A DNA stretch of 63,844 bases, filler included, from Folioceros fuciformis (Eukaryota): NCBI GenBank assembly GCA_049999805.1. It is 8 parts of 8 records of this genome, joined end to end, with 100 filler letters (N's around TTAATTAATTAA, not from the genome) between each part and the next. Parts side by side here need not be neighbours in the genome. Positions count along the whole stretch, not along the records: positions 19,695 to 25,948 come from JBNGIO010001376.1; positions 26,049 to 36,089 come from JBNGIO010001377.1; 6 more parts are not named here. One strand, 5' to 3'. A model generated the notes under the pieces. It saw only the letters and a program-made list of their open reading frames with translations. It did no database searches and was not told the DNA's origin. Below, in pieces: positions 23,164 through 35,300 of this stretch. The translations under genes and the position numbers were made by a program. The stretch's first letter is position 1. Each line of letters opens with the position of its first letter.

Positions 23164-25119
23164 TCATGCCTGAAGGTGAACTTCAGGCTTGAGTCTCTTG
23201 GTGGGTGTCGAAGCTTGAGCTGCAGCAGCAGCAGCTGCGGCGGCGGCTGCGGCAGCTGCGGCGGCGGAGTCGGCCGCGTGTATCCGTAGAAGGCTTCGAG
23301 TGGCCATGATTCCTTCGGGAACCAGGTCGTACGAGACCCTGGCGTACAGAGCTCGTGTTGCTTGCGCGCTCGCGTCTTTGGATTCTCGGGTCGCAGTAGG
23401 TCCCATGAGACAGTGGCCGAGCACCTTCAAGACCGGCCGCAGGATGTCTTCCGGGAGAGGAATGACTGGACCTGCAGCTTCGTAGTCGGCCAGGTGGTCG
23501 CTGTTGATCGAGTGTCTCAAGCTTCCGTTTCCGTTGCCTACTGGAGAGGGCAGGTCTCTGGTTGGGCTGTCCCTTGCGGAATGGTAAGAGCCTGAGTCAC
23601 CGTCTGGAGACGACAACGGACACTTGCGTGAACACGAATTCAGAAGCACCCTGTTGCATAATCGGCAGGCACGATCGGGAGTGCTCTTACCGGTTGATGC
23701 TCTTCCCTGTACCACGGCCTTGGCCAGCTCCGAGGACCTCTCGTGCGGAGGCAGATCCAGCACAACCTGACTGACCGACACGGGCTCCCCTGACGCCAGA
23801 GCGTGGCCGAGTTCCGGAACCCGCTCTCCCTCCAGTGCGGTGGGTGGCTCTGGAGGGATGGGGAGAAGGGCTGTCTCTGCTATTTCCTCCAGCCTCGATG
23901 CCCAAGAGCAGCCTTGCAGGGCCCATCTGTTTTTGTTTGCCATCAGCGTCAGTCAGAGGGGCATGCCAAGACACGTGAGGAGCATCCTGGAGACGAGGCA
24001 GGCAGTTCGTCGACCAACCTCTTCACGAAACGGCACAAGTCCAACTTGGATTTCAGTGGCAGACTGGCAACCTTGCGAGAGACCAGATCCAAAGCCACGC
24101 CCACTACGGAGGCACGCTTAGTGCTCTTCATCGCTCCCTGAGGTTCCAACGGAGCTGACAAGTAGCCTGCTGGCTGGAGGACAGGCAAGGTCAGACAAGT
24201 CTGTCGTATGGGCGATAGAGGTGTGGACGATGCAGGCGCAAGCAAGCAGGGCACCTGTAAGGAGATGGGGGCCCGTGCACCAGATCGCGGCGTGTGATAG
24301 AGGCTGGGTTGGGCCAGGCTCGGCACATTCACCACAATGGGTCTTCCTCCCCGAGCCTTCGACTCTTCAGCATACAAAGCCAGCAGCACAGCTTCGAAAC
24401 CTTCTCCACCACACCACGAACAGAACATGAGCCCCCTACCTTAAACCAGGCAAGGCAAGGCAAGGCCAGGAAGGAAGCAGGAAACATCTTCAAAAGCTCC
24501 GGAAACTTACATAAAACTACCTGCCAGAGGCTCGTCAGGATCGTTTGAGACACGGAGCAGGTAAACCCCACACAGAACTGGAATATAGCGCAACACCACC
24601 AATTGCAGGTCCGGCTCCCCAGTCTGGTAGCTCTCGTACAGCCACTGACACACCGCATCAGTAGCCTGCCAGAGAAAAATGGGAAGGGCCGCGAGTGAGC
24701 ACTCGGCATTCCGTCGCACCCACTCTGCATTCCCAGTCACTACTTGGCATTCTCAACCTAGAGATGCATTCCATCGCACTGCTCGAAACCAACCTTCCCA
24801 GACTGCGGATCTAAGATCATTGCCACCATGTGGTCAGCCAGAACTTCATCCTCCTGCAGGTCCTTGCCAGGCGTCTCAGACTCCTGCACAGTTAAGCAGT
24901 CAAGCAGCAGGCCCGGGTATGAGCCTGACCCAACCAGGACAGAACAAATCTCCAGGCAAAGGGGCAAATCGTCAGGCAGGCAGCCACCTGCAGGGCATGA
25001 AACCTGTCCTCCAGATCGGGCACGACTCGAGCCAGCGCCAGGATGCGCTCCCGAGCCTGCGTCATGCCTCCCCACCAGGGCGTTTGACCCCCCATCGACT
25101 CTCTCCTCCTTTCCCACAT
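23164..25119 (-). CDS. HYC: Hyccin/FAM126 family protein (PI4K-alpha complex subunit), multi-exon
   Basis: WW..M.QARERILAL, DAVCQWLYESYQTGEPDLQLVVLRYIPVLCGVYL, GFEAVLLALYAEESKARGGRP..VPSLAQPSLYHTPR, IPLPEDILRPVLKVLGHCLMGP. Start codon approximate. Confidence 0.88.
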
Positions 25120-25745
25120 GGGATCCAGCCACTCTCTCCTCCAGCTCGACGCTATGGCTACGGCGATGGCCCCGGCGGATTGCACAACTTCCGCACTCAC
25201 CTCCACGCCCGATCCTGCTCCTGCTGCAGCTGTTGCTGCTGTTGCTCCAGATTAAGCCAACCAGCTCTCGTTCCCTCGGTCTCGATTTCCCTATTTAGAA
25301 TTCCCTACCGCACTAATATGTACAAATAGCAGTGCAGCACAATGCACGCTTCGTGCTGCGCTCGGTATAACCCCACAGCCCTAATAACTTTGCCCTTCGG
25401 TTGGATTCAGAGGTGGTGGTGCTGGTGGTTCTCGGCGGGATTGAGGCGTCTCACTGTCTGCGGTCGGCGACGTCAGGCGGCAGCACCGTCAGGCAGGTAG
25501 GTATCTTGAGATCGTCGTCGGGGAGCTTGCCGGATCCCGGCGCCGCCCTTGCCTTGTTTGCAGAATTACGACTGTGAGAGAGCGCGATTGTGCGAATTGT
25601 GTCTGCATTTGCGGTACTTCATTGCATTCGTTTCGAAGATCCTGTTCGAGTGGTGGAGTGTGGCTGCTCTTGTCTGCAGGAAGCTGGGATAGTCTGATTA
25701 CAGTGGGGGTCGCCGACGGGGCATGGAGCTTGGCTGGCCTTAAGG

Positions 25746-25948
25746 ATGGCCGCGCCAACCGTTCTTGAAGCAGATGCCTTCGTGTCTTCGAAGAAATCTA
25801 AGGATCGGCATCTGCGGAAGAGGGATTACGACCGGGATGACGAGTCTGAGGAGGACTATGATGTACGTGAGCCGGAGAGAGCTCACGAGAAGAAGAAATC
25901 TCGGAGCAGGAAGGACAAGGGGGAACGGGACAGAGATAGGGATAGGGA
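25746..25948 (+). CDS. 5' end of an Arg/Asp/Ser-rich protein (possibly splicing-related), truncated by gap
   Basis: ATG-initiated ORF with SKKSKDR, KKKSRSR and RDRDRDR tracts running into the N linker; no diagnostic domain visible. Confidence 0.55.
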
Positions 25949-26048
25949 NNNNNNNNNNNNNNNNNNNNNNNNNNNNNNNNNNNNNNNNNNNNTTAATTAA
26001 TTAANNNNNNNNNNNNNNNNNNNNNNNNNNNNNNNNNNNNNNNNNNNN
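25949..26048. other. Artificial contig linker
   Basis: N44-TTAATTAATTAA-N44. Confidence 0.98.
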
Positions 26049-26453
26049 CTCCACGTCGAAGCCCGGGCGCTGCTGGAACCAGCGCTCCGCCTCCGCCGAA
26101 TTGTGGCGGATCGGAGACGGCTTGCAACTGCGAGCTTGTGCTTCCGCCTGGCAACGCGCCTGGCCCTGCTGCTGCAGCAGCAGCTGCTCATCTTGCTCTC
26201 TCTGGAGCGCCTCATAGCTGAGCACCAGGCTGTCCACCGTCGTCTGCTCCCGCAGCGACTTGATGAAGTCCTGGATAATACCCTTCTTGCGCAGCAGCGT
26301 GAGGATGTCATCGCGGCCGGCAGGGCCCGACTCCTTCCTCCCTTCCGAGGCCGAGAGCGCCTCCTGGATGTGCGACCGGATCCCGAACGACTGCAGGTGG
26401 CCCTGGATCACTTGCCGCAGAGCCGCGATGTGGGGCGGGTTCCCGCTGTTCAT
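26049..26453 (-). CDS. CEP76: Centrosomal/basal-body protein CEP76, N-terminal part (truncated by gap)
   Basis: LRQVIQGHLQSFGIRSHIQEAL...DDILTLLRKKGIIQDFIKSL resembles the CEP76 N-terminal helical region as I recall it (LKQLIHQQL..V..RIREIL...EDLIKALRRRGIIDDVMKEL). Confidence 0.72.
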
Positions 26454-27084
26454 CCCCTCCGCCTGAGGCTGCTCCTTCCTCCTTCACGGGATCACCCGTT
26501 TCGGGCGTGAACGCCATGGCAGTTGCTGACAGTTGAGCGTGCCCGCTTCCGCTGACAATCCAACCAGCGTTATCACTTTTCTCCCATCGTTCGAAACCGG
26601 GATTTCTCTCTGCCAAAATCCTCTAGTCTGCAAAAATTGAATTGAACCCGGCAGACAACCAAACCAGGGTACCAGGAGTTGGAATAAGACCCCTTATGGT
26701 AACATAACCAGAGGTTTAAGAATAAATCGAGTCTCTAGTCGTTTAAAGAATCAAGCAAGTCTCTCGTTTTGGGTAATCTGCCGGTGGGAATCAAAAGTGT
26801 TGTCTACTTTTGGTAATCTACATCACCAAATTAAGAGTGCTTCACCATGGCTCCACTCGCCTATATACATGAATGTTGGGATTCAAGTTTCTTGTTGGCT
26901 TCTAGTTTTTCCATAGAGCACCACGGCTGGTGCTAGTATCACTCACAAGCTCCAAAATCCTATACCCTAAACCCTAAATCTTTGGATAATACATCTAAGC
27001 AGTTTTACTTGGTGAGCTAGACCTTGGGTGCTAGTGGTTTTTGTTGTGTGTTGTAACAATTTTTGTTTGCTATTTTTTCAAGAG

Positions 27085-28677
27085 ATGGATAGGAACATGC
27101 TCTTAACCTTCATTTTAATCTGTTGCATGAGCTTTGTAATCATAGAAGCATCTTCATCTCCAGTTTCTCAGTGGTACAATGGGTCTTTGTATTCCTTCGG
27201 TGATTCATTAGCCGATGTAGGTAATAACAATCATTTCTCAGTAACACAGATTGCAAGAGCAAACTATCATCCATACGGAATTGAGTTTGACTCAAGAAGA
27301 CCAACAGGGAGATTCAGCAATGGTCGCATTCTATCAGATTATTTTGCTAGTCATCTTGGTTTTAAAATGTTTCCTCACCCATTCTTCTCTGGGCACGTAT
27401 CAAGGCATGTGTATGGTGAAGGCCTCAGTTTTGCTTCTGGTAAAGCTGGATTGTTGCAGAATACAGGGAAGGAATTTGGGGATGTGAAATCGTTCCACGA
27501 CCAAGTGCAATTGTTTCGAGAAGAAGCAGTGCCAAAGCTTGCTCAACATTATAAGAACTATAGTGATATGCGACCTCATGTTGTGAAAGCTCATGTTGCA
27601 AAACATCTAGCAAACTCACTATTCTATATTGATGTGGGTAGCGATGACTTTCATCAAAGGATTCTTGCTAGGCGACCGATTTCCAGTGAAACATTGGACA
27701 GGGCGCTTATGCAGAAGATGATAAGAAACATCCACAGTTTGTATGAACAGGGAGCACGAAAGTTTATCATAGCTGATGTTGGGTCCTTGGGATGTGCACC
27801 TTCGGTCATTCATGCCACTAACTCTTCTGGATGCAACAAAGAAATCAATAGGCATCTTCAGAGCTACAATAGGAAGATGAACATGGAGTTGCATAGAGTT
27901 TTTAGTCAAAGGCTCACGCAAGCTCGATTTGTTTCTCTTCCAACTCTTGAAGCCACAAGTGAAATTATTAACAATCATTCACACCATGGATTTCAGGATT
28001 CTATGAAAGCATGCTGCGGTAATGGGCACATCCCGTGTAGAAAGGGGTCTAGATATTGTCGTGAACCTAGGAGGTTTGTGTGGTGGGATCCATATCACCA
28101 TGGAGCAAGAGTTTTCCAGATCTTGGCTGAGTGGTATTTTGAAGGATCAGGACCTGTTAATGTCTCTGGTCTCGGTAGCATACGACGTTTATGCGATATT
28201 AGTGTCCAATACAATTGGAATATTACTATAAGTGGTGAAAACAATCCAAATAATAGTTCAAGCAATAGTCCAGCACATGCACCAAAGCGTGCACCACCAA
28301 CACCAAAAGCTAGACCACCAAGCTCAGCAACACCACCAAGGCCAAAAGCTAGACCACCAAGATCAGCAGCACCACCAACACCAAAAGCTAGACCACCAAC
28401 ACCAGCAGCACCGATGCCAACACTGGCACCAGCACCAACATCGGCATTAGCATTGGCGCCAGCACCAGCTTCAACATCGGCACCAGAATCTTCCGCCCCA
28501 TCTAATTCTGATGCTCCGGGGCCGAGTGATGCGACTAACTCCGAGCCTAATCAATGCGATGGTTCAAGCTCATTTAATGACTCCCCTGCAGGTTCAAGTC
28601 CTAGTGGTTCACCGTCTCCTTCAAGTGATTGCGATGGTCTAGAGATTGTGAATGGAAACATTGGACTCACCGGTTAA
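27085..28677 (+). CDS. Secreted GDSL esterase/lipase with Pro/Ala/Ser-rich C-terminal extension, intronless
   Basis: Signal peptide; FGDSLADVGNN, PYGI..RPTGRFSNGR, LYEQGARKF, LGCAP, ACCG, WWDPYH; tail of PTPKARPP and AP repeats. Confidence 0.9.
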   Translation: MDRNMLLTFILICCMSFVIIEASSSPVSQWYNGSLYSFGDSLADVGNNNHFSVTQIARANYHPYGIEFDSRRPTGRFSNGRILSDYFASHLGFKMFPHPFFSGHVSRHVYGEGLSFASGKAGLLQNTGKEFGDVKSFHDQVQLFREEAVPKLAQHYKNYSDMRPHVVKAHVAKHLANSLFYIDVGSDDFHQRILARRPISSETLDRALMQKMIRNIHSLYEQGARKFIIADVGSLGCAPSVIHATNSSGCNKEINRHLQSYNRKMNMELHRVFSQRLTQARFVSLPTLEATSEIINNHSHHGFQDSMKACCGNGHIPCRKGSRYCREPRRFVWWDPYHHGARVFQILAEWYFEGSGPVNVSGLGSIRRLCDISVQYNWNITISGENNPNNSSSNSPAHAPKRAPPTPKARPPSSATPPRPKARPPRSAAPPTPKARPPTPAAPMPTLAPAPTSALALAPAPASTSAPESSAPSNSDAPGPSDATNSEPNQCDGSSSFNDSPAGSSPSGSPSPSSDCDGLEIVNGNIGLTG

Positions 28678-29179
28678 CCCAAGTGCATCATAAATGTGAT
28701 TAGAGTAGTTTGAATACATGGTGCTACCTGCCACAAAATTTTAGCACCATGTGTTAGTTTGATACAATTAGTTTATATCTCTTTTTGGACCTTTGAATCT
28801 ATATCACGTTGCTGGTGGTTTATGTCAATCACCCACAACGTGATTGGATGGATTGTAAAAGCTAGTAGTGTTTAGCGGCTTGCAAGTTAGTGAAGTATGT
28901 GACTCTAGTGTTAGTGAGTAAGTAGTACAAGGCATGACACATTGGTTAACTTTCCTTAAGCAAGACTAAGAGGTTGTGATAACTACTTGCCTGGCTGAGT
29001 AGCTTAGGTGGCCTAAGGATGACCTTAGTTAGAAGTAGCCTTAGTAGAAGTAGCTAGGTTCACCATGGTAAAAGTTGTTAAGTACCATGTCCCACGTCAA
29101 AAATGTGTCCTTAGTGGATTGTAATAGTCTTCTTTTTGTTAATGCACTCTACTAGACTTCTTCTTCTATCCCAAATTTA

Positions 29180-29345
29180 ATGTCTTCAACTTCATATCTT
29201 CCTTCTCTTGACAACTTTTAAAACCATACACTATATGTCTTGAACTTCATATCTTTCTTCTCTTGACAACTTCTAAAACGATACACTTTATGTCTTGAAC
29301 TACATATCTTCCTTCTCTTGACAATGTCTAAAACTGTAGACTAAA
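29180..29345. repeat. 55-bp tandem repeat, 3 copies
   Basis: tgtctt(c/g)aact(t/a)catatctt(c/t)cttctcttgacaa... at 29181, 29236 and 29291. Confidence 0.9.
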
Positions 29346-29941
29346 GGATCTCTTTTTCAAATTGTTGTACTAATTTTTAGCAACTGTTTCGAGTGGATCT
29401 AATATGACTTTTTAAAATAATTAGTTTAATTAAATATATTTACTCTAATATTATATATAATCAGATTATTTAATATACAAGTATAATTTTACTTGGAACA
29501 AATATCTCGAAAGGAACGAAGACAGTTGTATAATACGAATCGAATATTGAGACGCAGCAAACGTGATGGGAGAGGGATGGTACAAAAGTCGTTGGGTGGC
29601 TTGGTGTTAACTTTGGTTCATGGAATGCATGGCATGGATGAGGCTCGGGGCTGGAATGTTGCTTGTAATTTGCGGATGAGGCCAGGGGGACCGCACATCG
29701 GTCTATCCACAGCTTCCTCTTCCACGCGGCATTTCATAATACGTCGATTCACCCCAGCTATTTTCCACATGGTTTTCCCCGAACTCACTACAACTGAGAC
29801 GTCTCGCTGCAGCCACAAAGCCACCTGCGCTGCCACTTCTCCCGCACGCTGTGAGAGAGCTGGTGGGCGAGTGGAGGAGAAGAGGAAGAGCAGGAGGAAG
29901 AGAAGGGAATTTCGGCAGCCCAGCTCGAAGCTCTTGCAGCC

Positions 29942-32013
29942 ATGGCCGCCGCCACTGCCACGCTCGCGGGAGCCTCCTCGAAGGCCTTGGCTCCTTCCGC
30001 GGCCGGATGCAGCGGCAGCGCGCGGGTGGCTGGCGCCTCGGCCAGACTCGGCGTCCGGGCCGGCGGGGCCAGGCTGCAGAGCTTCAGCGGCCTGGTGGCC
30101 GCACGGAAGGATGTGCGCAAGTTCAGCAACGTCTTTGGCGTGGAGCACGATCTCATGTCTGCTGTAGCGGCTCAGGTCAGGACTGTTTGTTTGAGTGTGT
30201 GTTGTGCTTTGATTGCATTGTTTGGTACGGCAGTGTGGATGGATGGAAGGAGGGTGTGGGTGTGCTCAAGAGTGAGGTTGGATGCACCAGGTTTGCAAGT
30301 CCGCCGGTAAGGGCCACCGCGCCGTGGTGTGCATGGCCAAGAAGAGCGTGGGAGACCTCAAGGAAGCCGATCTCAAGGGCAAGCGCGTCTTCGTGAGGGC
30401 TGACCTCAACGTACCCTTGGATGACAAATTCAACATCACGGACGATACCCGGATTCGCGCTGCCGTGCCTACCATCAAGTACCTGATCGGGAACGGCGCT
30501 AAAGTCATCCTCTCTAGCCACCTCGTATGTGTTGTCTTGCTTTTAGATTGTGGAATTGAGGTTTGAATTTGGTTGCGCTTGGCTCCGGAGGGATGAACGT
30601 GCTGGTTGTGTTGGTGCAGGGCCGTCCCAAGGGAGTGACGGAGAAGTACCGGTTGACTCCCCTTGTTCCTAGGCTCTCGGAGCTCCTTGGCATCAAGGTG
30701 AGACTTTTTTGAGGTTTGAGTGCGGGATTTGAGCTGTGTGCGAGATGTTCGAGTGACGCGGAGTTCGTGGCAAGCGCAGGTTGAGAAGGCGGACGACTCC
30801 ATTGGCGAAGAAGTCGAGGCTAAGGTTGCGGCATTGCCCAATGGGGGTGTCCTGCTTCTTGAGAACGTCAGGTTCTACAAGGAAGAGGAGAAGAACGACC
30901 CCGAGCATGCAAAGAAGCTGGCTGCCAACGCTGACTTGTATGTCAACGATGCCTTTGGAACCGCTCACAGAGCACATGCTTCGACTGAAGGAGTCACCGC
31001 TTTCCTGAAGCCATCCGTTGCTGGTTTCCTCTTGCAAAAGGTCTGTTGTGGAATGTGCTGCATGGACCGTCTTTTTGAGTATTATGCTATGCGTTCTGAT
31101 TTGGACTGGCTCTGTCCGGGTTGATCCAGGAACTTGACTACCTGGACGGTGCAGTGTCTAACCCGAAGAGACCCTTCGCCGCCATCGTGGGAGGATCTAA
31201 GGTGTCATCCAAGATTGGAGTCATCGAGTCTCTTTTGGAGAAGGTCGATATCCTGATCCTTGGTGGTGGAATGATTTTCACCTTCTACAAGGCGCAAGGT
31301 CTGTCAGTTGGCGCCTCTCTTGTTGAGGAGGACAAGCTGGATCTTGCCACCAGCTTGATTGAGAAGGCCAAGGTGAAGGGTGTGTCACTTTTGCTGCCCA
31401 CCGACGTCGTCATTGCCGACAAGTTTGCTCCTGATGCGAACAGCAAGGTACACACCCACGGTGATCGCGAACTGCACATGCTTGCCTGTTGTTCCTGGTA
31501 AATTTCCAGCTCTGGCATCTCTGTTTTCAAATTTCTTGGTTGTCTCTCTGTGCAGACTGTCGCAGCCTCAGCCATTCCCGACGGCTGGATGGGTCTTGAC
31601 ATTGGCCCAGACTCCGTGACGACGTTCAGCGAAGCCTTGGAGACGACCAAGACTGTTATCTGGAATGGCCCCATGGGTGTGTTCGAATTTGACAAGTTTG
31701 CTGTCGGCACTGAAGTGAGAAACGAGAACCCCTTCTACGGTGTAATGAAGTGTCAAGTTAAGGACGTTTCGTTCTGACTGTTTCATTCTTTCCCCTGCAG
31801 GCCATCGCCAATAAGTTGGCGGAGCTGAGCGGCAAAGGCGTGACCACTATCATCGGTGGTGGTGATTCGGTGGCAGCTGTGGAGAAGGTCGGTGTTGCCG
31901 ACAAGATGAGCCACATCTCGACCGGAGGAGGTGCCAGTTTGGAGCTCCTGGAAGGAAAGGTTCTTCCGGGTGTGGCTGCGCTGGAGGAGGCTTTGACACC
32001 CGTCACAGCTTAA
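29942..32013 (+). CDS. PGK: Phosphoglycerate kinase, chloroplast precursor, multi-exon
   Basis: Ala/Ser-rich transit peptide; [85 protein letters not shown]. Confidence 0.98.
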
Positions 32014-32369
32014 GTTATCGTTTGCCCCAATTATTTCCGGCTGGCGGTTTGGCCAGCCCAATTTTTTCGAAGTGTGCATCTACAAACCTCTTGCGAACGA
32101 AATGGCCCATTTGCCCTCAGACCAGGTATCTGTACATACCGAAGAATCGCTAGATGTTGCTGCAGAATTTGGTCCACACATGGTTCCAAAAACTTGTGCT
32201 TTAGAAGAACTGGGAGGTGGTTGTCTTTAGTATGTAGGACTCTTTTTTGGTGCCCACTTGAAATGCTCTGGTGTAATTCGTTTCCATCTGTTCAAAGTAA
32301 ACAGGTGATAGAAGAGTGCAGTATTTCAATTATATACATGCCATTTACGGCAAAATCGCTATTCTTACC

Positions 32370-35300
32370 TCAAGCAAGCTGTAAGTGAAATTGTGGCAAG
32401 GTTATCCTCGCTTCCTGAATCATGGAGGAAAGCTGTTCCAGCCGTAAGTATATGCCTTCTTTCTCCGGATGCTGTTCATCACCTACGAAAAAACTGTGTG
32501 TCATTCCATTTAAATCTGTCCACCAGCTCTGGCCTGGCTGTTTCCAAACCCCGAGTCCGATTCGCCTCGCCTGAATTTCCTGTGCCTCCTCCCACATCTG
32601 AGCACCGGTGTAGACGTTGGCCATCAACACGTAAACTGCAGCATCTTTGCTGTCTAGCTTTACTGCTTCACTGAAAGCATGCCGTCCCACCTCCACGTTG
32701 CTCCATTTTTGACAGGAACCCAAGAGTGACCGCCAAACTGCAGCATCAGGCAGCACAGGCATTGTCTTTGCCAAAGATAGAGCCTCGTCCAGTTTGCCTG
32801 CACGACCCAGGAGATCTACCATGCATGTGTAGTGCTCCGTCGTGGCAGTGATACCATGAAGTCTGCTCATTGCCTTGAAGTACTTTCGCCCTTCGATCAC
32901 TAGACCTGCATGGCTGCATACTGTAAGCACAGAAAGGAAAGTGACGCTGGTGGGCTCCACGCCGTCCGCTCTCATTCTGTGCAACAAGTCAAAGACCACT
33001 GCATGGTCTCCTTGGCGGGTGTAGCCTGCAATTAATGCATTCCAAGTAATAACATCTCTTTCAGGCAATGCCTCAAACACCTGCTTTGCGTCAACCATAG
33101 TCCCGGACTTCCCGTACATGTTTATCAAACTGACAGCTACAAGTGTGTCAGCTTCAAGCCCTTGCTTCTGAATCTCTGCATGAAGCTGCCTTCCCAGATG
33201 CAAGGCTGCCAAATTTGCACAAGCCTGCAGGACGCACACAAATGTCACAGAGTTCGGTGCAATGTTGCCTTCGTCTTGCATAGCCCTGTACAGCAGAAGG
33301 GCTTCTTGCCCCATGCCCTGCTGAGAAAATCCAGAAATCATAGCATTCCATGTTACCACATCTTTCTCCAAAAGCTTGTCGAACAATGTTCTGGCGTCTT
33401 GCAGGCTACCACACTTGGAATACATGTGTACCAAACTGTTGACTAGAACCACATCGGCTTCAAGTCCTCCCTCTCTGATTTGTGCGTGGAGCTGCTTCCC
33501 CTTCTCCAAGCCCAGGGTCCCAACACTCGCACAGGCCTGCAGGAGGCACACAAACGTCGCAGAATCTGGTGCAACAAGGCCCTCTTGTTGCATGTCCCCG
33601 TAGAGACGAAGTGCCTCCATGCCCATGCCCTGCTGTGAATAACCAGCTATCATGGCATTCCAGGTCACCACGTTTTTCTCTTCCAGTTCGTCAAATACAG
33701 CCTGAGCATCCTGTAAGTTGCCACACTTGGCATACATGTTTACCAAACTGTTGGCTACAAATACATCAGTCTGAAGCCCTCGTTCTTTGATCTGTGTATG
33801 AAGCTGCTTCCCGTTCTCCAAAGCTGGAATATTTACACTTGCACATGCCTGCAGGAGACACACAAATGTCATCGAATCAGGTATGCTGATGCCCTCTTCT
33901 TGCATACGACTGTACAGATGAAGGGCTTCCTGACCAATGCCCTTCTGGGAATATCCTGCTATCATAGTGGTCCATGTCACCACATCTTTTTCAGGAAGTA
34001 GGTCAAACACGCCCTGAGCATCTTCCAAGCTGCCACATTTTGCATACATGTGCACCAGGCTGCAGCCTACGACCACATCAGCCTGAATCCCCCTTTCTCT
34101 AATGCGTCCATGAAGCTGCTTCCCTGTCTCCAAACCCAGGGTGCCCACGCTTGCACAAGCCTGCAAGACGGACACAAATGTCACAGAATTAGGAGTAGCC
34201 GTGGCTTCTTCTTCCATAACGCTGAAGAGATGAAGGGCTTCCTGACCCCTGCCCTGCTGAGAATATCCTGCTATCATGGCATTCCACGTCACCACATTCT
34301 TTTCACCAAGCCCATCAAATACTCTCTGAGCATTCTCCAAGCTGCCACACCTTGCATACATGTTCACCAAACTGTTGGCGACAAACACGTCGGCCTGAAG
34401 TCCTCGTTCTCCAATCTGAGCATGAAGCTGCTTCCCATTCTCCAGGGCCGGGACGCCTAAACTTGCACATGCCTGCAGGAGGCACACGAATGTCACAGAA
34501 TCAGGTGCAGTGATTCCGTCTTTCTGCATAGCACTGTACAGTTGAAGAGCTTCTTGGCCCATGCCTTGCTGGGAATATCCTCCTATCAGAGCAGTCCACG
34601 TCACAACATCCTTCTGAGGAAGTTCCTCAAACACTCTTTGAGCATCTTCCAAACTCCCACACTTTGCGTACATGTTTACCAGGCTGCGACCTAGAACCAC
34701 ATCAGCCTGAAGCCCTTGTTCCCCAATCTCCACGTGAAGCTGCTTTCCTTTCTCTAAAGCGGGGGCACCCACACTAGCACATGCTTGCAGGAGGCAAGCA
34801 AATGTCACAGAATCAGGCACCGCCATGCCTTCTTCCTCCATAGCACTATAAAGACGAAGGGCCTCATGGCCCATGCCTTGCTGGGAATACCCTGCTATGA
34901 GAGCGGTCCAGGTCACGACATTCTTCTCACCAAGCCGATTAAACACGTCCCGCGCATCGTCCAGGCTGCCACATTTTGCATACATGTTTACCAGGCTAGA
35001 ACCTACAACCACATCGGTTTGGAGCTCTTGTTTTCCAATCTGTGCATGAAGCTGCCTCCCCTGTTCCAACGCGGGGCGTCCCACGCTTGCACAAGCCTGC
35101 AGGACGCACACAAATGTCACAACTGTAGGTGCGGCAATACCTTCTTCTTCCATTTCACTATACAAACGAAGAGCTTCCTGGCCCATCCCCCGCTGGGAAT
35201 ACCCTGCGATCATGGTATTCCATGTCACCACATCTTTCTGACCGAGCCCATCAAACACTCTTTGAGCGTCGTCCAATCTGCCACATTTCGCATACATGTC

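Noticed and set aside
26965-26978. CCCTAAACCCTAAA telomere-like sequence
   Set aside because: Only two units; an ordinary telo-box, not an interstitial telomere.
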